Virus record (IMG/VR): IMGVR_UViG_3300047290_000114
Location: 1 to 28,415 of that record
Length of the DNA: 28,415 bases
Direction: 5' to 3' (one strand)
Source: a virus
Lineage: Duplodnaviria > Caudoviricetes
Shown here: one piece after another, positions 22,709 to 28,415 of the stretch
Position numbering within the stretch: the first letter of the stretch is position 1
Layout: the number at the start of each line of letters is the position of its first letter
The notes under the pieces: model-generated
Told to the model about the DNA's origin: nothing
The model's input: only the letters and a program-made list of their open reading frames with translations
The model's database searches: none
Program-made: the position numbers and the translations under genes

Positions 22709-23879
22709 CCCCGCCCCCCCGGCCGCGCCCGATTATACCGGCGCTGCGGTCGCTCAAGGTCAGGCCAACATCGAAGCGGCCCGCACGTCCGCCCGGTTGA
22801 GCAACCCCAATATCGTCGGCCCCTACGGGACGCAGCAGATCTCGTATGAGGGCGATCAGCCGACCGTCACCCAAACCCTCAACCCGAACGCACAAGCCGC
22901 GTTAGAGAGCCAGCAGGCCACACAGAAGGCTTTGGCCGATCTCGGCCTCCAAGGTACGACAACCGCCCAAAACGTCATGGGGCAGGCATTTTCGCCAACC
23001 GGGGGGCCATTACAGACGAGCCTATCGGCGCCGGGTGCGGTCCAATCGTCCTACGATATGTCGGGCTTGGCTCGGATGCCGGTTAACGCCGGCACGACGG
23101 GCCAAGAGGCTATCATGGCGCGGCTACAGCCGGCCTTGGCGCAGCAGCGTTCGATGAAGGAAACGCAGCTCCGAAATCAGGGCTTGGTTGCCGGCGGCGA
23201 GGCCTACGACGCCGATATGCGGAATTTGGGCTACCAAGAGAACGACGCTCGATCGCAAGCCGTGTTGCAAGGCATCGGCCTCGATACTGCGGCGCGGTCG
23301 CAGGGCTTCGGGGAATTGCAACAGCAAGCCAATCTCGCCAACACGGCGCAGGCCCAGGTCCAGAACCAGGGCTTGCAGTCGGCGCAATTCGGCAACGCGG
23401 CCCAACAGGCGGAATTACAGCGGCAACTCGCGCTTCGGCAACAGCCGCTGAACGAGATCACCGGGTTGATGAGCGGTTCGCAGATCCAGCTTCCTCAATT
23501 CCAACAGTACACCGGGCAGAACGTCGCGCCGGCCCCGACCTTTGCCGCGACACAGGCGCAGGGTCAAAACGCGATGCAGAATTACGGCATCCAGCAAAGC
23601 GCGGCCAATGCGGAAACGGCAGGGTTGTATGGATTAGGTGGGTCGGCTTTGGGCGCGGGCGGGTTAGCCTACGGATTGAAGACATCAGATCGCCGTCTAA
23701 AACGTGAAATTAAACGGATCGGCGAACACGCGCTCGGGATTGGCGTCTATTCTTACAAATATATTTGGGACAATATCCCTCAGGTTGGCGTTATGGCCGA
23801 TGAAGTCGAATTGGTCCGTCCCGAAGCCGTTATTACGGGCGCCGATGGCTTCAAAATGGTCGATTACGGAGCATTGTGA
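22695..23879 (+). CDS. Putative DNA ejection/pilot protein with C-terminal peptidase S74-type chaperone domain
   Basis: MSKDSPAPPAAPDY start, Gln/Ala-rich helical body, Gly-rich hydrophobic segment, then SDRRLK...GVMADEV...PEAV...VDY. Confidence 0.75.
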   Translation: MSKDSPAPPAAPDYTGAAVAQGQANIEAARTSARLSNPNIVGPYGTQQISYEGDQPTVTQTLNPNAQAALESQQATQKALADLGLQGTTTAQNVMGQAFSPTGGPLQTSLSAPGAVQSSYDMSGLARMPVNAGTTGQEAIMARLQPALAQQRSMKETQLRNQGLVAGGEAYDADMRNLGYQENDARSQAVLQGIGLDTAARSQGFGELQQQANLANTAQAQVQNQGLQSAQFGNAAQQAELQRQLALRQQPLNEITGLMSGSQIQLPQFQQYTGQNVAPAPTFAATQAQGQNAMQNYGIQQSAANAETAGLYGLGGSALGAGGLAYGLKTSDRRLKREIKRIGEHALGIGVYSYKYIWDNIPQVGVMADEVELVRPEAVITGADGFKMVDYGAL

Positions 23880-25192
23880 TGGCTGACGTAGCACAGACGT
23901 TTTCGATTGACCCATATGCCGCCGAAAATGCTCGCCTATCTCGGCAGCAGAAACTTGCGGAAATCCTACAGCAACAGGCGTTGCAGCCCGATCAGCAATT
24001 CAGCTACGCGGGTATTCAAGCCCCGGCAAGTGCGGCTGGTGCTTTGGCAAAGGGGCTACAAAGCGGGATTTCTGGCTATATGATGGGCCGTTCCATGAAG
24101 GGCCAGGAAGACCTGATTAGCAAGGCGTCCGAAGATACCAAAAGCGCAACCGAGGCCCTCGTTAAAGGGCTTTCTGCGAAGCCGTGGCAGAACCCGGATG
24201 CTGGCGCAGTTGGCACCGCTCCGATCTATCAGCCCGGTGCGTCTGGCCTTCGCGATGCGAACGACCCCGCACCGCAACCTCAAATGATGCCGGGCGCGGA
24301 TCAATCAACAGCCGCGTTCAAGGCTGGCCCGGCAGGCAGCTATTCGGGGGCTTTGGCATCGCTTGGAGACCTTCCAGATAACCCGCAGGCGCAACGGCTG
24401 GCACAATCGTTGCTGATGAAGAAACTTGAAAAGGATTCGGCGACGACTAAGCTCGGCCCGGAGGAGAAAGTCTATGACGCCAATGGTAAATTATTATTTG
24501 GGAACGACCCGAAATCACAATCGGCGCTTGGGAAACTCGCGGACGATTACAAAAATGGCCGGATAACCAAGGCGGAATATGATGCCGGGGTTGCCAAGGA
24601 AACGAGTTTTGCGCCCCCGCCACAGGTTCAGGTCAATTCTTATTTGCCCGCGAGCGAAGAAGCGCAGAAGCAATTCCTTCAAAGTGCCCGCATGACCTAC
24701 GACCAGTTAAAACAAGCCCCTGTCGCCTTGCAGAATATCGAGCAAGCCAAGGCGCTTGTCCCGTCGGCAGCAGGGTTTATGGGACCGGGCGGCGATACAT
24801 TATTGAACGCGGCCAAGTTCCTGAACAACCGCGTTGGAACTAGCATCAACATCGAAGGCATCAAGAACGCCGAAGAATTGCGTTCCCGCATCTTTGAGAA
24901 TGTTATGGACAACCTGAAAAAGATGGATGCAAGCCCATCTCAGCAGCAGCAAGCAGTTATGCAGAAGGCCCTTGGAAGTTTGGACACAGACCCTGCGGCG
25001 TTGCCGCAGGTTCTGGACAGCTTCGCTAATATTATTCGTGGCAAGATCGATCTCCATAATCAGGAAATGCAGGGCGCAATCGAGCGCGGCGTTAAGTTCC
25101 CGTATGACCCGATCATTAAGGCTCCCGCGCCGACCAACGCGGGCGCGAGCCCCATTGACGATCTCGTGAAAAAGTACGGCGGCAAAAGATAA
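23879..25192 (+). CDS. Putative internal virion (ejection) protein
   Basis: RQQKLAEILQQQ, LAKGLQ, Gln/Ala-rich helical sequence; second gene of the ejection cluster (alternative GTG start at 23876). Confidence 0.65.
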   Translation: MADVAQTFSIDPYAAENARLSRQQKLAEILQQQALQPDQQFSYAGIQAPASAAGALAKGLQSGISGYMMGRSMKGQEDLISKASEDTKSATEALVKGLSAKPWQNPDAGAVGTAPIYQPGASGLRDANDPAPQPQMMPGADQSTAAFKAGPAGSYSGALASLGDLPDNPQAQRLAQSLLMKKLEKDSATTKLGPEEKVYDANGKLLFGNDPKSQSALGKLADDYKNGRITKAEYDAGVAKETSFAPPPQVQVNSYLPASEEAQKQFLQSARMTYDQLKQAPVALQNIEQAKALVPSAAGFMGPGGDTLLNAAKFLNNRVGTSINIEGIKNAEELRSRIFENVMDNLKKMDASPSQQQQAVMQKALGSLDTDPAALPQVLDSFANIIRGKIDLHNQEMQGAIERGVKFPYDPIIKAPAPTNAGASPIDDLVKKYGGKR

Positions 25193-26913
25193 TGCCATAC
25201 GATGAAGCCACTTTAGGCCAGGCACTAATCAACGCCGACAAAGCGGGCGACGTTGATGCTGCGCGTGCGTTGGCTGGCGAAATCCAGAAAATGCGCGGCG
25301 CGACGGTTGATACCCCGCAGCCCGCGCAGCCTCCGCAATCTGCCGAACCTCAAAGCGGGTTTGTGCGCGGCCTGAAAGATGCGCCCGAAGGTATGACACA
25401 GCTAATCGGTAAAATCGTTGAAGCCGTTGCGCCAAAAGATAGCTGGATAGGCCAAGGCGCGAAGAAAACAAACGATGCCCTGACAGGTATGTTTCGTGAA
25501 AACGAGTCTCAATATCAGGCCGGACGCGGCAAAGATGCCGGAATAGATTGGTCAAGAATTGGCGGCAACGTCGCTATGACCGCTCCAATCGGCGCCGGTT
25601 TTGGTGCGGGCGCAACGCTTCCCCGCGCCATTGCCTCTGGCTTGGCAAGTGGCGCGTTTTCTGGCGCAGCAGAGCCGGTCCTCAGTGATGATTTTTGGGC
25701 CGATAAGGCAAAGCAAATTGCAACGGGAATGGGCGTTGGCGGCGTATCTGCGGGCGCGGCGCACGCTATCGGTCGCGTTTTATCTCCGCAGACTGACGAA
25801 CTTGTAAAAGCTCTAATGGATAAGGGCGTGACCCCTACGCCGGGGCAAATCTTGGGTGGCGCTGCAAAAACCGCCGAAGAAAAAATGACGAGCCTCCCGG
25901 TTTTTGGAGACGCTATTGTTGGGGCGCAACGTCGCTCAATTGGAGACCTAAACAAGGCTGTTTATGAAGATGTTCTCAAGCCCATCGGGGAAAGTGCACC
26001 GTCGTCTATTGGCCGCGATGCGATAAAAACGGTCGGCAACAAAATATCAGACGCATACGACAATGTTTTGTCTCAAGTGTCGTTTTTGCCAGACCAGAAA
26101 TTTTCGCAAGACATCTCTAATATTCTCCAAACAGGACAAGGTTTGCCTCAACGCGAGGCTGACGCGTTGCGAGATATCGTTAAGGAGAAAGTCGTTAAAC
26201 AAATCGGGCCGCAAGGCCCTATAAACGGCAATGCTTTCAAAGAAATAGAAAGTTCTGTTGGCGGCGAAGCGGCCCGCTTTTCAAAATCGAGCGATGCCTT
26301 CCAACAGAAATTAGGAGATGCACTTAGTTCGGTTGTCGAAGCATTGCGAGATGGGCTTGCCCGGACAAACCAAGGCGTTAAAGTAAATGTAAATGGGACC
26401 GCTGTTGATGCAGCGGATCGCCTTCAAAACCTAAATGAGAGTTGGGCGCGTTTAGTCCGTCTTGAAAGGGCGGGCGGCAGCGCGGGCGCGACCGACGGGG
26501 TGTTTACCCCAAGCCAACTAAGTTCCGCAGTTAAGGGCGCGGATAATTCTGTTCGGAAAAGAGCCTTTTCTCGCGGCGATGCGCTTATGCAAGACTTATC
26601 GGATGCGGGGCGCGGCGTCCTCGGCGATAAATATCCTGATAGTGGAACCGCCGGTCGTCTGCTGCCAATGCTACTCGGTGGCGGAATTGCGACATTGGCC
26701 CCCGCTGCTGTTGACCATCCGATTGCTACTGCGCTTGCCGCAACCGCGTTAGGGGCGGCTGCTGCGCCATACACCAAAACGGGCCAAAAATTAGCGGCGG
26801 CGCTTCTTGCGGGAGAGCGACCAGCCGTGGCCAAGGTAGTCGGAGACACGCTTAAGTCGGGCGCCCCATACGCTGCCGCTGCCAGCCCATCGATCTATGG
26901 CTATGGCCGCTAG
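25192..26913 (+). CDS. Putative internal virion (ejection) protein with Gly/Ala-rich hydrophobic segments
   Basis: AL-x-NADKAGD-x-x-AAR-x-LA N-terminus, GxxxG runs, TPGQ, FTPSQL, PDSGTAGR motifs; TAATG coupling. Confidence 0.7.
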   Translation: MPYDEATLGQALINADKAGDVDAARALAGEIQKMRGATVDTPQPAQPPQSAEPQSGFVRGLKDAPEGMTQLIGKIVEAVAPKDSWIGQGAKKTNDALTGMFRENESQYQAGRGKDAGIDWSRIGGNVAMTAPIGAGFGAGATLPRAIASGLASGAFSGAAEPVLSDDFWADKAKQIATGMGVGGVSAGAAHAIGRVLSPQTDELVKALMDKGVTPTPGQILGGAAKTAEEKMTSLPVFGDAIVGAQRRSIGDLNKAVYEDVLKPIGESAPSSIGRDAIKTVGNKISDAYDNVLSQVSFLPDQKFSQDISNILQTGQGLPQREADALRDIVKEKVVKQIGPQGPINGNAFKEIESSVGGEAARFSKSSDAFQQKLGDALSSVVEALRDGLARTNQGVKVNVNGTAVDAADRLQNLNESWARLVRLERAGGSAGATDGVFTPSQLSSAVKGADNSVRKRAFSRGDALMQDLSDAGRGVLGDKYPDSGTAGRLLPMLLGGGIATLAPAAVDHPIATALAATALGAAAAPYTKTGQKLAAALLAGERPAVAKVVGDTLKSGAPYAAAASPSIYGYGR

Positions 26914-27022
26914 ATGCGCTATCCCAGGGATCGATCCGGTGATAGCGGCAACAATCGCTATTCTTGTTGCCTGTTCATCGTTCATGTTTAAAATTATGCC
27001 ATTTCTTCGCCCAAAGGATTAG
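26903..27022 (+). CDS. Possible small membrane peptide (39 aa) MAARCAIPGIDPVIAATIAILVACSSFMFKIMPFLRPKD
   Basis: Fills the gap between the ejection and tail genes; single hydrophobic helix; no clear RBS. Confidence 0.3.
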   Translation: MAARCAIPGIDPVIAATIAILVACSSFMFKIMPFLRPKD

Positions 27023-27025
27023 GTC

Positions 27026-28138
27026 ATGTCGTATAACGGTTCAGGCACCTTTCAAATAAATTCGACCGGCCAGCCGGTTGTAACCGGCACGACGATCTCG
27101 TCAACCGCGTTTAACGCGCTGACGGCCGATCTCGCCACCGGCCTCTCGACCGCGCTAACGAAGGATGGGCAAACTACCCCGACGGCGAATATCCCGTTGG
27201 GCGGCTATAAGATCACCGGCCTAGCGAACGCGACCTTATCGACCGACGCGATGGCATACGGTCAGTTTACCGCGTTCGGCACCCCCGGCTATACGACGAC
27301 CGCGACGGCGGCGGGGACGACGACGCTCACGGTATCGTCAACGCAACAGCAATTCTTCACGGGCGTCACGACCCAAACCGTTGTGCTGCCGGTGACCTCA
27401 ACGCTCGTTCTCGGGCAATCGTTCCGCATCGTGAATATGTCCTCGGGCGTCGTCACCGTGAATTCGTCGGGCGGCAACGCGGTCGTCGCGATGGTCGCGC
27501 TCGCCGAAGTAACCGTGACTTGTATCCTGGCGAGCGGGACCACCGCGGCGTCTTGGGATATCCAATACACCGGCAAGAGCGCGGTTACGGGTACGGGGTC
27601 GATGGTCCTCGCAACCTCGCCGACGCTCGTTACCCCGACGCTCGGCGTGGCTACGGCGACGACCGTAAACAAGGTGACGTTCACGACGCCGGCAAGCGGC
27701 TCGACGTTGACGATCGCTGATGGAAAGACGTTGACCGCGTCGAATTCGTTGACCTTGGCTGGCACCGATTCAACCACGATGACCTTTCCGAGTATATCTG
27801 CGAACGTCGGTTTCCGCGAAGTTCCGTCTAACTCGCAAAGTGCGAACTATACTGCGGTGCTTGCAGACAACGGCTACTCCATTGACCACCCATCGTCAGA
27901 CGCTAACGCCCGCACCTTCACAATCCCGGCCAATGCGTCTGTGGCATATCCTGTCGGTACTTGCCTGTCGTTCTCTAACATGACGGCCAACGTCGTCACC
28001 GTCGCAATTACAAGCGACACGATGTACCTCGCTGGGACAGGAACGACGGGATCGCGCTCGCTCGCCCAATACGGTGTCGCGACGGCGCGCAAGCTCACTA
28101 CGACGACGTGGCTTATTAGCGGAAGCGGGCTGACGTAA
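27026..28138 (+). CDS. Thr-rich tail fiber/tail-associated structural protein
   Basis: N-terminal MSYNGSGTF...DGQTTPTANIPLGGYKITGL attachment-type domain; TSPTLVTPTLG spacer; two beta modules; C-terminal WLISGSGLT. Confidence 0.8.
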   Translation: MSYNGSGTFQINSTGQPVVTGTTISSTAFNALTADLATGLSTALTKDGQTTPTANIPLGGYKITGLANATLSTDAMAYGQFTAFGTPGYTTTATAAGTTTLTVSSTQQQFFTGVTTQTVVLPVTSTLVLGQSFRIVNMSSGVVTVNSSGGNAVVAMVALAEVTVTCILASGTTAASWDIQYTGKSAVTGTGSMVLATSPTLVTPTLGVATATTVNKVTFTTPASGSTLTIADGKTLTASNSLTLAGTDSTTMTFPSISANVGFREVPSNSQSANYTAVLADNGYSIDHPSSDANARTFTIPANASVAYPVGTCLSFSNMTANVVTVAITSDTMYLAGTGTTGSRSLAQYGVATARKLTTTTWLISGSGLT

Positions 28139-28415
28139 TGAGTGGCCCGCTTCAAATGATGCTGGGTCAGGGTGCGGACAACCGCATCCCTGTCGAATAC
28201 CTTGTCATTGCAGGCGCCGGCGGCGGCGGGCGGCGTCTCGCGGCTGGCGGCGGCGCGGGCGGGTATCGAACGAACGTCGGCGGGACAACTCTAAAGTTCA
28301 ACGTCGGAGATACCGCTACAGTTACCGTAGGCGGCGGCGGCGCGGGGGCTACGAGCGACGGCCCCGGCAACAACGGCAGCAACAGCGTGTTCAGCACGAT
28401 CACGTCAGATGGCGG
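28138..28415 (+). CDS. Glycine-rich tail-associated protein (partial, runs off the window)
   Basis: TAATG coupling; VEYLVIAGAGGGG...GGGAGGYR...VTVGGGGAG...NGSNSVFSTITSDGG is the glycine-rich domain pattern. Confidence 0.8.
   Translation, partial: MSGPLQMMLGQGADNRIPVEYLVIAGAGGGGRRLAAGGGAGGYRTNVGGTTLKFNVGDTATVTVGGGGAGATSDGPGNNGSNSVFSTITSDG

Noticed and set aside
26791-26985. 64-aa minus-strand hydrophobic ORF as a moron or exclusion gene
   Set aside because: Overlaps the ejection gene by about 120 bp and lacks an RBS; cannot be preferred over the plus-strand peptide.
1-28415. Frequent CGATCG/GCGATCGC suggesting cyanobacterial HIP1
   Set aside because: Explained by common GCG-ATC-G codon junctions in GC-rich genes; enrichment could not be computed.
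1-28415. tRNA genes, DGR repeats, integrase/att sites and lysis cassette
   Set aside because: None recognised: no cloverleaf in the intergenic gaps, no reverse transcriptase or adenine-variable repeat pair, and no recombinase or lysin catalytic motifs.

Overview
This window is a contiguous part of a GC-rich tailed-phage genome with podovirus-like (P22/T7-style) morphogenesis genes; a proteobacterial, possibly alphaproteobacterial, host is only an inference. Positions 1-4452 are a leftward early region. It holds a Mom-like DNA-modification gene truncated by the window edge (absent from the ORF track), a RuvC-like resolvase, an HTH protein, DUF6378, a YqaJ/lambda-type exonuclease and many small ORFs. 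The strand switch at ~4480-4710 carries mirror-overlapping promoter motifs and a repeat/palindrome-rich, origin-like element. The rightward region encodes an HNH nuclease, a ParB-fused DNA methyltransferase, TerS/TerL, a ferritin-like protein, portal, scaffold, major capsid, cement, adaptor, tail stabilization protein, a GNAT, three putative ejection proteins and tail-fiber-like proteins. The most notable feature is a two-domain enzyme (Maf/DUF115 sialyltransferase-like fold fused to a GT-A glycosyltransferase) inside the head-gene operon between Ser/Thr-rich structural genes, a candidate virion-glycosylation system. No integrase, lysis genes, tRNA or CRISPR array were recognised. All family calls come from motif recognition by eye; no database search was run.
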